A stretch of 34,233 bases of DNA, from positions 1-34,233 of the forward strand of contig CAZMIS010000002.1 in NCBI GenBank assembly GCA_964566325.1, in the 5' to 3' direction. Below the pieces are notes generated by a model. The model was not told the DNA's origin. It made no database searches and saw only the letters and a program-made list of their open reading frames with translations. The position numbers and the translations under genes were made by a program. This DNA is from an uncultured Anaerolineales bacterium (lineage in GTDB: Bacteria > Chloroflexota > Anaerolineae > CG2-30-64-16). How positions within the stretch are numbered: position 1 is the first letter of the stretch; each line of letters starts with the position of its first letter. Positions 1 through 9,449 of the stretch are shown here, piece by piece.

Positions 1-242
1 CATAAGTGTACCTCATGTGCCAGTCGTCATTTGTTAAAGTGTCCGGTATTCAAATATTTAAAACAATGGCCGGTTCGGGAAAGATATTCATGATACTTGG
101 ATTTATTTATATGGGACTGTATGTTCTGATGGACCTTGTGCCCTGAGTCATGTCTCTATGGTTCTGAAGAGAAAACGTCAGGCAGATGAACCACAGGTCT
201 GTTCATATTCCGGCTGTCTCAAACCACCTTTAACCGGATATA

Positions 243-1148
243 ATGAGATATGAGACTTCACCCCGATTTGATGGAAGCTGGCGGATGGTGAGCATGAAAA
301 ATCAATTTCATCAGGCGGCAATATTTCTCGCCCTTATTTTGCTGATGGGGATGGGCCTGGCTGCCTGCCAGGAGGCAGCGCCAGCCGTCACGCCTGCTGG
401 CGAGGATGCGCCAGAAACCGAATCCGCGCCGCCTAAAAAATCCGCCTCCCACGAGACCTTGAAATATGCCATTTTTCCGGCGCCGCCTTATATGATTGGC
501 GCTGGCGAAGATGCCGGCCCGGTCAGCGGCATTGACGTGGATATTGTGCAGGAAATGGCCCGGCGCATGGATCTGAAAGTCACTTTCATCCGCTGCACCT
601 GGACCCGCTGCCTGGAGTTGATGAAAAATGGCGAGGTGGACCTGTTGAGCAGCGCCTATAAGAAGCCTGACCGCGAAGAATATATGCTTTATTTTCAGCA
701 GCCCTTTCTGTCGCAGCTGCCCATTGCCTTTTACTATCCTGGCGATAAACCCTACAAGATTGAAAAATATGAGGATATTTACCAGTTTGAGCGCATTGGC
801 GTATTGAGCGGAGCGTCTTATTTTGAGCGTTTTGATCAGGACAGCCAGGCGAAAAAGGTCGAGGTTCCCTCGCAGGATCAGCTCTTTCCCATGCTGATGG
901 CCGGACGTCTGGATATTATGGCGGGTTACATTCCAACCGAAAATTACCGCCTCAGCGTGGAAGGTTACAGCGGAAAAATTGTGCATTCGACCTACGTGTA
1001 TCAGGAGCAGGCTCTGGTGTACATGGCGGTCAGCAAAAAGTCGCCTTTCGCTGACCGGATGGCCGCTTTTGACGAGATCAACAAGCAGCTTCTGGACGAA
1101 GGTTTCATTCAAAAGACCATCCAGGCTTACTACGAAAAATACAAATAA
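243..1148 (+). CDS. Family-3 periplasmic solute-binding protein (amino-acid ABC-type SBP fold), probable lipoprotein
   Basis: 301-aa ORF. A hydrophobic N-terminal segment ends in a lipobox-like GLAAC. The body resembles SBP_bac_3 proteins (GIDVDIVQEMARRMDLKV, YKKPDREEY, IGVLSGASY). The true start is probably internal (ATG 294, MKNQF...). Confidence 0.7.
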   Translation: MRYETSPRFDGSWRMVSMKNQFHQAAIFLALILLMGMGLAACQEAAPAVTPAGEDAPETESAPPKKSASHETLKYAIFPAPPYMIGAGEDAGPVSGIDVDIVQEMARRMDLKVTFIRCTWTRCLELMKNGEVDLLSSAYKKPDREEYMLYFQQPFLSQLPIAFYYPGDKPYKIEKYEDIYQFERIGVLSGASYFERFDQDSQAKKVEVPSQDQLFPMLMAGRLDIMAGYIPTENYRLSVEGYSGKIVHSTYVYQEQALVYMAVSKKSPFADRMAAFDEINKQLLDEGFIQKTIQAYYEKYK

Positions 1149-1298
1149 ACTATCCCTCCTGCCTGTAATTTGTTATCGGGTTTTGAACCATACCGGAGGA
1201 AATTAGTACATTTTACATGATGGAAGTTATCATCGTATTCAGTATAATCAATTCAGACAAGGTTAATTTTGCCAGATGTTTTACCAATAGGAGGATCT

Positions 1299-3998
1299 AT
1301 GAGTACTGATTTTTCGGCCAAGAAATCAGGGGGGCAGATCCCGTTTTTCCAGTCCTTGCGCTGGCGATTCATCCTGATTTTTACCGCAGTTGCCATGGTT
1401 CCCTTGTTGGGGGTGGGGATATTTTCATTAATTGAGGCAGAACAGGTCATGCGGGAACGCATTCAAGACGATATGAAGCTGATTGTGCACCAACAGCAGC
1501 AGGCTGTGCTAAATTGGGAAAACGAGCGGCAGCAAAATATGGCTTCACTGGCGACGCTGGCGGATATTCAATCCTTATCTGAGGAGAGAATTAAATCCGT
1601 TCTGGATCCCTTTCAAAAGCTGAACCCTCAATTTGAAAATGTCTTTGTTGCCGGTGCTGACGGCATGATCATATATAACACCTTACAGGCAAAGGTGAGC
1701 CTGGCAGACCGGGCCTATTTTAAGGCAGCCATTCAGGGACAGGTGAATATTTCGGATGTTCTCCTGTCGAAGACCACAGGGAACATCATCGTGGTTCCGG
1801 CAGCGCCAATCCGATCAGCGGATGGCAAGATTATCGGCGTGGTCGCAGGCTCTGTGAAAACGGATGTGATTCTGGATCTATTGAAACAGGCGCAGATTGG
1901 AGAAACCGGCGATGCTTACCTGGTGAACCGGCAGGGTTTGCTTGTATCGCCTTCACGCTTTAACAAGGTATATAAAGAACGCAAGCTGATCGATGGTGAA
2001 ACCACAGCCATGGCTTTGAACGTTGGACCTGATAATAAGATGGGAACCCAGACCCAGGCCGGGTTGGATATTGCGGGTGGAAAGATGGCGGCTGGCGAGG
2101 TGAAGGCGGGTGAGTATCGCAACGCCCTGGGCAACCAGGTGGTGGGGGCCTATATGGATATTGAAGGCACCAATATGGGACTGGTAGTGGAACAGGACCA
2201 GAGTGAAGCCTTCGAGAAAGTATATGCGCTGCGAATGGTGCTGGTTTTTGTTATTGTCATTGCCGCTGCAGCCGTGATTGGCTTGGTTGCGCTTGTTGCT
2301 GTCAATATCACCCGCCCCATTATTGCCATGACGCGATCAGCTCAGGTGATTGCCACCGGGGATATTGATGTGGAGGTGACACACCAGAGCAAGGATGAAA
2401 TTGGCTCATTAGCCAATGCATTCAGACAGGTGATTGCATATCAACAGGAAATGGTAGCAGCGGCGTTATCGTTGGCGCAGAATGACCTGCGCGTGGATAT
2501 AAAACCACAGTCGGAGCGGGATCGACTCGGAGTGGCTTTCAGCAAGATGACCGAATCGCTACGGGGGACCATCCGCCAGGTGACGCAGAACGCCAATAAT
2601 CTGGAAGCGACATCAACCCAACTGGCCCATGCAGCCAGTCAGACCAGCGCGGCCGTGAGCCAGATTACCCTGACCATGCAGCAGGTGGCCTCAGGCATCA
2701 ATCAGGAAACGAACTCCATCAACACCACCACCGCCTCAATGGATATGCTCTCACGAGCGATTCAAGGTGTGGCCAAGGGTGCCCAGGAACAGGCCAGCTC
2801 CATTTCACAGGCAGCCCATTTGATGCAGCGGCTGAATGACGCTTCGAATGGCATTCGTTCTGGCTCCAATCAACAGATCGACACCATTGCCCAGACTCGT
2901 GATGTGGTGCGGAAGCTCGCCCAGGCCGTGGATGGCATTCGCAACGGTGCACAGGAGCAATCCAAAGGGTTGGGGCAGGCGATGGCAGCGGGGGAAAATC
3001 TGTCAGCAGCGTTGAATGATGTGACTGAGGCCGCCAATCAGGTGGCCGGGGATTCAGCCAGAGCAGCAAAGGAAGCCGCGAGTGGTGTTGAGATTGTGAG
3101 CCGGTCAAGCAAAGGGATGGATCGGGTGCGAAAGACAAACGAACAGCTGGCGCTGAGAATTTCAGAACTGGGAACGAGAACAGGGCAAATTGGCGCGATT
3201 ATCGAAACCATTGATGATATTGCCGCCCAAACCAACCTGCTGGCATTAAACGCGGCGATTGAAGCGGCCCGTGCTGGAGAACATGGGCGCGGCTTTGCCG
3301 TGGTGGCCGATGAAGTGAGAAAATTGGCCGAAAAGAGCGCCCTGGCAACCAAAGAGATAGCCGATATGATTAAGGCTATTCAGACTGGTGCAGATGAGGC
3401 GGTGAAGGCCATGGAGCAGGCGGTCACAGAGGTGACCGCGGCCGCAGAATTGACCGGGCAGGCCAGAGAATCCTTCGATAGTATTGCCACAGCCACAACC
3501 CAGGCAGCTCACCGTTTGGAGGGCATCACCAAAGCCATCAATGGGATGGAAAAAGCGCGGGATGCCTTAAACCAGGCGGTGTTCCATGCGAATGAAATTG
3601 CCGGCCGCAACCTGGCTGCTGCCTCAGAAATGGCGAGCCTGAACCAGACTGTGGTTGAGGCCACCACTAAAGTAGATACGGTGTCAACGCAAACCGCCGC
3701 TTCAATTGAAGCCATGACTGCCCTGAACAGCAATATGTCGGCCAGCCTGGATACGGTTTCGGCGGTGGTGGAAGAAAATTCGGCGGCGACAGAAGAGATG
3801 GCTGCTTCCGCCAATGAGGTTTCGCAGGCGTTTGAAAATATCGCGTCGGTGAGTGAAGAGAATTCGGCGGCAGTGGAAGAAGTTTCGGCTTCGACAGAAG
3901 AAATGAATGCGCAGGTGGAAGAATTAACCGCCTCAGCCGCAAGTCTTTCGAGCATGGCTGTATCATTAAAGGAACTGGTCGCGACATTCAAGCTCTGA
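1299..3998 (+). CDS. Methyl-accepting chemotaxis protein with Cache-like sensor and HAMP domain
   Basis: AGGAGG (1289-1294) lies 4 nt upstream of ATG 1299. The protein has two TM segments flanking a periplasmic Cache-like domain, then HAMP. It carries the canonical MCP signalling hairpin motif [38 protein letters not shown] and a long coiled-coil C-terminus. Confidence 0.9.
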   Translation: MSTDFSAKKSGGQIPFFQSLRWRFILIFTAVAMVPLLGVGIFSLIEAEQVMRERIQDDMKLIVHQQQQAVLNWENERQQNMASLATLADIQSLSEERIKSVLDPFQKLNPQFENVFVAGADGMIIYNTLQAKVSLADRAYFKAAIQGQVNISDVLLSKTTGNIIVVPAAPIRSADGKIIGVVAGSVKTDVILDLLKQAQIGETGDAYLVNRQGLLVSPSRFNKVYKERKLIDGETTAMALNVGPDNKMGTQTQAGLDIAGGKMAAGEVKAGEYRNALGNQVVGAYMDIEGTNMGLVVEQDQSEAFEKVYALRMVLVFVIVIAAAAVIGLVALVAVNITRPIIAMTRSAQVIATGDIDVEVTHQSKDEIGSLANAFRQVIAYQQEMVAAALSLAQNDLRVDIKPQSERDRLGVAFSKMTESLRGTIRQVTQNANNLEATSTQLAHAASQTSAAVSQITLTMQQVASGINQETNSINTTTASMDMLSRAIQGVAKGAQEQASSISQAAHLMQRLNDASNGIRSGSNQQIDTIAQTRDVVRKLAQAVDGIRNGAQEQSKGLGQAMAAGENLSAALNDVTEAANQVAGDSARAAKEAASGVEIVSRSSKGMDRVRKTNEQLALRISELGTRTGQIGAIIETIDDIAAQTNLLALNAAIEAARAGEHGRGFAVVADEVRKLAEKSALATKEIADMIKAIQTGADEAVKAMEQAVTEVTAAAELTGQARESFDSIATATTQAAHRLEGITKAINGMEKARDALNQAVFHANEIAGRNLAAASEMASLNQTVVEATTKVDTVSTQTAASIEAMTALNSNMSASLDTVSAVVEENSAATEEMAASANEVSQAFENIASVSEENSAAVEEVSASTEEMNAQVEELTASAASLSSMAVSLKELVATFKL

Positions 3999-4020
3999 TA
4001 AAAAAAATTTCATCTTTGCA

Positions 4021-4060
4021 CCTGCAGGGCCAGAAGGAACTGGTCCTGCAGGTTTACTTT
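4021..4060 (+). terminator. Rho-independent terminator after the MCP gene
   Basis: CCTGCAGGGCCAG-N6-CTGGTCCTGCAGG forms a 13-bp stem with one G:T pair and is followed by TTTACTTT. Confidence 0.7.
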
Positions 4061-4390
4061 AGTCAATTTGATCAAGACGAAAATATTGTTTGGTGAGGTT
4101 TGCGAATCGAGAGGAAGGTGGGCTGTTATCTTCTTATTGTGCTGCTTCGGCAGTCCCCGCCCAATCAATCTTAGGGAGAACACGGCATTCTATCAAAGAG
4201 GTAGCATACCTGCTTGAGACAATGTTTTTTGCAATATTAGATTCTTCCAGACTGATTTGAAGCATTGGCGGACGCACATAAATTCGGGTAGGGTCAAGGA
4301 CTGAAGCGTCTGGTATTCAAACCCGGAATATATGCGAAAAACCCGTTTCCGCCTCTTTCCGGGCATCTGGTAGTGAGGAGCTTTTTCATA

Positions 4391-5890
4391 ATGGGCCCTG
4401 TCAATCCAATGCACTGGATGCGCCTGATGCTGGGGCTGAGCATGCTGCTCAGCCTGGCCTTTGCCGGCACGGTGAACTCTGCGGCGGTCAGCCCGGAGCG
4501 GGATGCGCCGGAGTGGGGCGGCGGCGGAGAAGCCCCGCTGCCGCAGACTGAGGACTTGAGCGAAACCCAACGCCATGAAATTCAGACCACCGTGGAGCAA
4601 AATATTCAGCGTCTGGGGTTGCAGCGGCCCGCGGCACCTTTCACCACGGTCCTGGCCTGGCCGGTGCGGGCGGCTGGCGGCCTGAGCGACCCCGGTTACC
4701 ACGGCTTGAGCGCCTTTGTAGATCACAACCTGGCCTATCCTGACCAGCTGCAGGATTATGCCTGCGGCACCCGCACCTATGACCTGGCCTCAGGGGTCAA
4801 CCACGAAGGAACAGATATCTTTTCCTGGCCGTTTGGCTGGTACAAAATGGATCACAACGAGGTGGAGGTGGTGGCAGCCGCGCCGGGGACCATCGTTTAC
4901 CGGCAGGATGGCAATTTTGACCGCAGCTGCGGCATCAACAGCAACCCGGCCAATGCCGTTGCCATCCTGCATGCCGATGGTTCGACTGCCTGGTATCTTC
5001 ACTTGAAGAAGGATTCAGTGACTGCAAAGCCGGTGGGCGCGGCGGTCGTCAGCGGAGAATACCTGGGGGTGATGGGCAGTTCGGGTGCTTCCACCGGCCC
5101 GCACCTGCATTTTGCCCTCTATGATTCCGGCGGGAATTGGGTGGATCCTTTTAACGGTCCCTGCAATGCCATTCCTTCCTGGTGGGCGGCGCAGAAGCCT
5201 TATTATGATTCTGCCATCAACAAGCTGACCACCGGCCTTGCGCCGCCGGTTTTTCCAGACTGCCCGGTTCAGGAAACCAGCAATGCACGGCGTTATTTTA
5301 ACCCCGGCGAGAAGATTTATTACACGGTTTACTACCGCGACCAGCTGGCGGGTCAATCTAGCAGTTTCACCGTATTCCGGCCGGATGGGACGGTGTCTTT
5401 AAGCTGGTCGCATGCCTCATCCGCCGCACACTATGCGGCAGCCTACTGGTACTGGTATGCCACCCTGGCGGCTGATGCACAGCCAGGCCTCTGGACTTTC
5501 AGAGCCGTTTATAACGGGAGAACGTATTTCCACCGTTTCAGCGTCGGCGACCCGGTGACCCTTAGCGTGCAGCCGGTCAGCGGGACGGCCAACCTGGCCT
5601 GGGAGGTTTATGCCGACCTGCCCGCCACCAGCACCTGGCAGATCACTTACAGCGGACCGGCGGGCAGTCAGCCTTCGCCCATCACCGGCATCAGCCATGC
5701 CGTGCGGAACTTCAGCCTTTCGGGCCTGACCAACGGCGCCATGTATACCATCACCCTGAATGCGGTGGTGAATGCGCAGGCGGTGACCACGGATACGGTA
5801 TCGGTGATGCCTTCTGACAAACTGATTTTTTTGCCAGTGGTGGCCAAAAATGCCCCGGCAGCGGGCATGGATGGTGAAAATGGGCCTTGA
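4391..5890 (+). CDS. Secreted M23 (LytM-type) metallopeptidase with C-terminal Ig/FN3-like beta-rich region
   Basis: Signal-peptide-like N-terminus (LMLGLSMLLSLAFAGTVNSAAV). M23 motifs are present: HEGTDI and GSSGASTGPHLHFALY. The start is uncertain (GTG 4373, ATG 4391, or a later ATG); GAGGAG at 4375-4380 favours 4391. Confidence 0.8.
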   Translation: MGPVNPMHWMRLMLGLSMLLSLAFAGTVNSAAVSPERDAPEWGGGGEAPLPQTEDLSETQRHEIQTTVEQNIQRLGLQRPAAPFTTVLAWPVRAAGGLSDPGYHGLSAFVDHNLAYPDQLQDYACGTRTYDLASGVNHEGTDIFSWPFGWYKMDHNEVEVVAAAPGTIVYRQDGNFDRSCGINSNPANAVAILHADGSTAWYLHLKKDSVTAKPVGAAVVSGEYLGVMGSSGASTGPHLHFALYDSGGNWVDPFNGPCNAIPSWWAAQKPYYDSAINKLTTGLAPPVFPDCPVQETSNARRYFNPGEKIYYTVYYRDQLAGQSSSFTVFRPDGTVSLSWSHASSAAHYAAAYWYWYATLAADAQPGLWTFRAVYNGRTYFHRFSVGDPVTLSVQPVSGTANLAWEVYADLPATSTWQITYSGPAGSQPSPITGISHAVRNFSLSGLTNGAMYTITLNAVVNAQAVTTDTVSVMPSDKLIFLPVVAKNAPAAGMDGENGP

Positions 5891-5952
5891 CCGCAGCCGG
5901 CTCCTTTTTTGCAGCCCGACGCAGATGATGTGGTTTCGTGAAACACGGCGCT

Positions 5953-6120
5953 GTGGTATAACAGGGGCCCTTATCCTGCTTGAATTGGGGGTCTTTTTCT
6001 ATGATGGCAAGAAAAGAAACGGACGGCTTTCCCTCAAAGGCGTTTTAAGCTATCGCAGCCCAATCCTGGTCTGACTGTACTGCCCCTGAGTGCCGGCGGT
6101 GGCCGTCAGCGGCATTTTCT
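5953..6120 (+). pseudogene. Truncated, diverged copy of a segment of the CPBP protease gene found at 26011-26739
   Basis: 5967-6120 aligns by eye at roughly three-quarters identity to 26171-26324. The peptide ALILLELGVFFYDGKKRNGRLSLKGVLSYRSPILV matches ALIPFELGVLLYVGKKKNGRLSLKGVLSYCSPIPV. The 11-mer GTGGTATAACA (5953-5963) recurs at 25968-25978, upstream of the intact gene. The reading frame is lost after 6074, and there is no start or catalytic motif. Confidence 0.6.
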
Positions 6121-6184
6121 TGATAAAGCATCTAAAAAATTCGACTTTCAATGACAATTTGTTGCAGTACTTACAACAGGCTGC

Positions 6185-6193
6185 TGCTATAAT
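6185..6193 (+). promoter_or_regulatory. Candidate extended -10 promoter (TGcTATAAT) upstream of the psi-array and cas3
   Basis: Exact TGnTATAAT match. The nearest -35-like hexamer, TTGCAG (6162-6167), sits at a non-optimal 20-bp spacing. Sequence prediction only. Confidence 0.35.
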
Positions 6194-6263
6194 TTTCTTA
6201 TGCATTCAACATGAAGGAATCATTTTTTTTGGCGACTTGAAATCGCACTGCAGCAGATATGGG

Positions 6264-6522
6264 ATTGTCCTCACACACGCAGGGTGGACTGCACAAGGGC
6301 GTTAGCAGACCTGGCACGCGATAAATTGTCTCCACGCATGTGGGGGTGAACCGCCCTGGTGAACTTACGCTGAATGATTGAGCACATCCCAAAGGAGATA
6401 AAAACATGAAACCCTCCGAAACAAAAGCTGAACGCCTGATTCAAATTGAGGCCTCGCTCCCGTCGCATCCTGAAGGTATAACACAAAGTGAAACTTCTCC
6501 CCACGCACGTGAGGGTGAACCG
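6264..6522 (+). CRISPR. Decayed CRISPR remnant (psi-repeats) upstream of and overlapping the cas3 5' end
   Basis: Identities are to the 29-nt array repeat. 6325-6353 ATTGTCTCCACGCATGTGGGGGTGAACCG matches 27/29. 6494-6522 CTTCTCCCCACGCACGTGAGGGTGAACCG matches 25/29. 6264-6291 ATTGTCCTCACACACGCAGGGTGGACTG matches about 20/29 with a 1-nt gap. The first two starts are 61 nt apart, which is the array period. A possible further relic lies near 6383-6405. Confidence 0.65.
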
Positions 6523-9228
6523 AGAAAAATGAACGCGCAACAACCCGATTGGATGATCTTCATTGGAAAGTGGGGAGATGCTGTTGATGGGCATCCCCTG
6601 GCTTACCACTTAATTGACAGCGCTGCCGTGGCCGGCCTGCTCTGGGAGCAGGCGCTGACACCGGGCGCGCGGCAGCAGTTTTGCCGCTGGCTGCAGCTGC
6701 CCGAAGTGGAATGCGGTCGGTTTCTGGCTTTCTGGACCTGTTTGCATGACCTGGGTAAGGCCACCCCGGCCTTTCAGAACAAACACGCGCCCACGCAGGA
6801 TAAGCTGGTTAAAGCCGGCTTTGATTTTCCTCCGCTCTCCAAAGGCGATACCCGCCATCACAGCCTGTTAAGCCAGTGGATTTTGAAGGATTTGAAAGAC
6901 GATCTGGGGGTTCAGCCATGGAGGATTCTTCATCAATTCCGCTTTGCCATTGGCGGGCATCACGGCTGCTTCCATGTTGAGGAAGATGAGCAAAGAGTCA
7001 ATTCTCTGGGAAATTTAGGCGGAGAAAAATGGACTGCCGCCCGCCGCGATCTTTTTAACCACCTGGTTGATCTGTTGCGGCCGCCAACTCTGCCTCAATT
7101 GGAAATGTCCCGCACAGATCGCAATGCGTTCTTCAATTTGCTCACCGGATTCTTTATCACCGCTGATTGGATTTCCTCGCAGGATGACCTCTTCAAGTAT
7201 CATGAGCCAACTTTGAGCCTGGCTGGCTATCGGGAGGAGTCACAGCGGCGCGCTGTGGAAGCGCTTCAAAAAACCGGCTGGATCGGCTGGCAGCCCGATG
7301 ACCGCCATCCGGGTTTTTCAGAGCTGTTCCCCTACCCGCCCTTGCCGCTGCAAAACCTGGCCGTTCAGGCGGCTGACGGGCTGCAAAATCCATTTTTGAT
7401 GATCATTGAAGCCCCAACTGGCTGTGGAAAAACGGAAACGGCCCTGCTGGTGGCCGACCGGGCGATTCAGCAGCAAAAATTGCGCGGCTGTTATATTGCC
7501 ATGCCCACCCAGGCCACCAGCAACCAGATGTTTGAACGGGTGAAGCATTTCCTGCAGAAACGGTACAGCAATCAGGATTGGATTAATTTGCAGTTGGTTC
7601 ATGGTAATGCATGGCTGAATAAAGATTTTCAGAACCTGCGCTTCAATGGAATCAAAGATGAAGACCAGGATCAACCTGAAAATGCCGGGAATGTGGCCGC
7701 CATGGATTGGTTTTTACCGCGCAAGCGCAGCCTGCTGGCATCTTTTGGCGTGGGCACCGTGGATCAGGCCTTTCTCAGTGTGCTGTGCATTAAACATCAG
7801 GTCCTCCGCCTTTTTGGCCTGCACCGCAAGGTGGTTATTTTTGACGAAGTGCATGCCTATGATGTGTATATGGTTGAAATATTCTGCCAGCTGCTGGCCT
7901 GGCTGCGGGCAATTGGCACTTCGGTGGTCATTCTTTCTGCCACCCTGCCTGAAAGCACGCGGCAGCAGCTGCTTAAGGCTTATCAGGTTAGTGCCGTTGA
8001 TGGAACAATCGCAACAGCTTACCCGCGGTTGAGCCTGAATGACGGTCAAAAAATGTCCTCCGTGTTCCTGGGTAAATTTGATAACCGCGCCATTTATTTG
8101 AAACCGGCGCCGCGTGATGCAAAGGATTGGCTGAACACGCTGCGCCAGCTTTTGGCGGATGGGGGCTGCGCTGCGGTGGTATGCAATACAGTGGACCGCG
8201 CTCAGGAGGTGTATCAGGCCATTCAAAAAGAAAACCTGGTTGCGCCGGAGGACCTTTTCTGCTTGCACGCCCGCCTGCCATTCTGCTGGCGCAAAGCGCG
8301 GGAAGAAGAGATTCTCAGCCGCTTTGGCAAATTGACTCAAGCCCCTGCTGCCCCTCGGCGCGGTATTGTGGTGGCCACCCAGATCATCGAGCAGAGCCTG
8401 GACCTGGATTTTGATTTGCTCATCACCGACCTGGCGCCGGTGGATTTGCTGATTCAGCGCATGGGCCGTCTGCACCGCCATGCTCATCAAGAATTTCCGC
8501 CGCTCAGGCCGGCCGCCCTGCAGGAGCCGTGCTGCCTGGTGTGCCAGCCTGGCCTTCAGGAAGGGCAGACCCTGCCGGATTTTGAAAAGGATCAATATGT
8601 TTATGATCCGGTGTTTTTAAACCGCACCTATTTCGCCCTCTTAAACCGGAATTTTCTGTCCTTGCCTGAAATGTCTGATGAATTGATTAATCTGGTCTAT
8701 TCTGAAGCCCCTCTGCCCGGCTGCACGCCTGCCCAGATGGCGGCTATTTCAGAACGGCACACACAAATGGCAAACAAATCGGGGCGATTATCTTCAGCCG
8801 CGCAAAACCGCCTGATTGGCGATGTGGATTGCGCGAATGCGTTTGGGAAAAATGCCTTGCCCGCCAGAGATAGCGATGCGGATGATATGGCCGGGCTGAC
8901 CCGCGGTTCTGTGCTGCCCACGGTGCAACTGGTGTGCCTGGTGCGCCGTGAAGGGCGCACGGTTTTGCTGGATGAAGGGTTTGAGCTGGATGTGGAGGCG
9001 CCGCCTGAGCCGCAGGCATTAAGCCACCTGCATGCTTCAATGGTGAAAATCAGCAAGCGCGATGTGGTGCAGCATTTTGCCCAGCAGCCGCCGCATGCCG
9101 CCTGGAAAACGCAGCCATCTCTGCGAGAGGCCTTTCCGGTGGTGTTCGAGGATGTCGAATGCGCTCTGGGCAGCGGCCTGACCCTGGTTCTGGATGAAAA
9201 AACCGGCATTCACATAAAAACAGAATGA
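6406..9228 (+). CDS. cas3: Cas3 HD nuclease/SF2 helicase, type I-E
   Basis: HD motifs (LHDLGKATPAFQ, GGHHG), Walker A APTGCGKTE, DEVH box, and a helicase C-terminal region. ATG 6406 has a strong SD (AAGGAG at 6392-6397, 8 nt upstream). ATG 6529 (MNAQQPDW...GKWGD) gives a more typical Cas3 N-terminus, so the start is ambiguous. Confidence 0.95.
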   Translation: MKPSETKAERLIQIEASLPSHPEGITQSETSPHAREGEPRKMNAQQPDWMIFIGKWGDAVDGHPLAYHLIDSAAVAGLLWEQALTPGARQQFCRWLQLPEVECGRFLAFWTCLHDLGKATPAFQNKHAPTQDKLVKAGFDFPPLSKGDTRHHSLLSQWILKDLKDDLGVQPWRILHQFRFAIGGHHGCFHVEEDEQRVNSLGNLGGEKWTAARRDLFNHLVDLLRPPTLPQLEMSRTDRNAFFNLLTGFFITADWISSQDDLFKYHEPTLSLAGYREESQRRAVEALQKTGWIGWQPDDRHPGFSELFPYPPLPLQNLAVQAADGLQNPFLMIIEAPTGCGKTETALLVADRAIQQQKLRGCYIAMPTQATSNQMFERVKHFLQKRYSNQDWINLQLVHGNAWLNKDFQNLRFNGIKDEDQDQPENAGNVAAMDWFLPRKRSLLASFGVGTVDQAFLSVLCIKHQVLRLFGLHRKVVIFDEVHAYDVYMVEIFCQLLAWLRAIGTSVVILSATLPESTRQQLLKAYQVSAVDGTIATAYPRLSLNDGQKMSSVFLGKFDNRAIYLKPAPRDAKDWLNTLRQLLADGGCAAVVCNTVDRAQEVYQAIQKENLVAPEDLFCLHARLPFCWRKAREEEILSRFGKLTQAPAAPRRGIVVATQIIEQSLDLDFDLLITDLAPVDLLIQRMGRLHRHAHQEFPPLRPAALQEPCCLVCQPGLQEGQTLPDFEKDQYVYDPVFLNRTYFALLNRNFLSLPEMSDELINLVYSEAPLPGCTPAQMAAISERHTQMANKSGRLSSAAQNRLIGDVDCANAFGKNALPARDSDADDMAGLTRGSVLPTVQLVCLVRREGRTVLLDEGFELDVEAPPEPQALSHLHASMVKISKRDVVQHFAQQPPHAAWKTQPSLREAFPVVFEDVECALGSGLTLVLDEKTGIHIKTE

Positions 9229-9254
9229 ACACAGCGCAACCCTTTAAATTTGTG

Positions 9255-9260
9255 TATAAT
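9255..9260 (+). promoter_or_regulatory. Candidate -10 box (TATAAT) driving the psi mini-array
   Basis: Perfect TATAAT 8 nt upstream of psiR1. There is no good -35 hexamer. Read-through from cas3 is an alternative transcript source. Confidence 0.45.
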
Positions 9261-9268
9261 CGAAGGAG

Positions 9269-9358
9269 AGGTCCCATGTCCCTGTGGGGGTGGCCCCACG
9301 GTTATTATGTATTTTGCCCAAACCGGCAAAACATCCCCACCAGAATGGGGATAAAACC
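9269..9358 (+). ncRNA. Candidate crRNA-like regulatory RNA gene (psiR1 - 32-nt psiS - psiR2), CreR/CreA-like
   Basis: psiR1 (9269-9297) matches the repeat in its 3' half (TGTGGGGGTG..CC). psiS is 9298-9329. psiR2 (9330-9358) keeps TCCCCAC-N5-TGGGG plus ATAAAACC. Start-to-start spacing is 61 nt, the same as the array period. See the first finding. Confidence 0.6.
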
Positions 9359-9384
9359 CGTCACAATGGCGGGTTTTATCATTT
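9353..9384 (+). terminator. Rho-independent terminator for cas3 and the psi mini-array
   Basis: AAAACCCG (9353-9360), a 9-nt loop, CGGGTTTT (9370-9377), then a T-rich tail TTTTATCATTT. The 5' arm overlaps the end of psiR2. Confidence 0.7.
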
Positions 9385-9419
9385 CAGCCACGTGGTACAA
9401 AAAATGGCAAAATTGCCTG

Positions 9420-9448
9420 TTGACAAAATCAAAAAACGAAAGTATTAT
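9420..9448 (+). promoter_or_regulatory. Near-consensus sigma70-type promoter for the cas8e-cas2 operon
   Basis: TTGACA (9420-9425), a 17-bp spacer, then TATTAT (9443-9448). It lies about 100 nt upstream of the cas8e start. Confidence 0.6.
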
Positions 9449-9449
9449 A

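Noticed and set aside
66-146. 26-codon hydrophobic mini-ORF (MAGSGKIFMILGFIYMGLYVLMDLVP) at the left edge.
   Set aside because: There is no convincing SD or promoter, it is very short, and it sits at the window edge. The sequence alone cannot support it.
258-1112. Long antisense or overlapping ORFs inside confidently assigned genes, for example 258-1112(-), 7714-8595(-), 9714-10409(-), 11855-12364(-), 13500-13973(-), 26416-27318(-) and 29337-29954(+).
   Set aside because: These are shadow ORFs typical of GC-rich coding regions. Their translations are Arg/Pro/Gly/Ala-rich with no motifs, and the opposite-strand or other-frame gene has clear family signatures.
5850-6074. 74-aa ORF called as a possible gene.
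   Set aside because: Its C-terminal half is a diverged fragment of the CPBP protease gene, and its N-terminal part overlaps the end of the M23 peptidase gene. I interpret it as a pseudogene fragment.
6383-6414. A further psi-repeat expected about 61 nt after the 6325 relic.
   Set aside because: Only ACATCCC and GGAGATAAAAAC are reminiscent of a repeat, and the alignment needs a roughly 6-nt internal deletion. This is too degenerate to call on its own, so it is mentioned only as a possibility.
9362-9371. The pseudo-spacer after the first upstream relic (6292-6324, CACAAGGGCG...) matches CACAATGGCG in the terminator loop of the cas3-cas8e gap at positions 1-5 and 7-10.
   Set aside because: Only 9 paired positions match, which is about what chance gives once both strands of a 34-kb window are scanned. 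The match depends on an uncertain spacer register, the flanking CGT is not an obvious PAM, and pairing stops at position 11.
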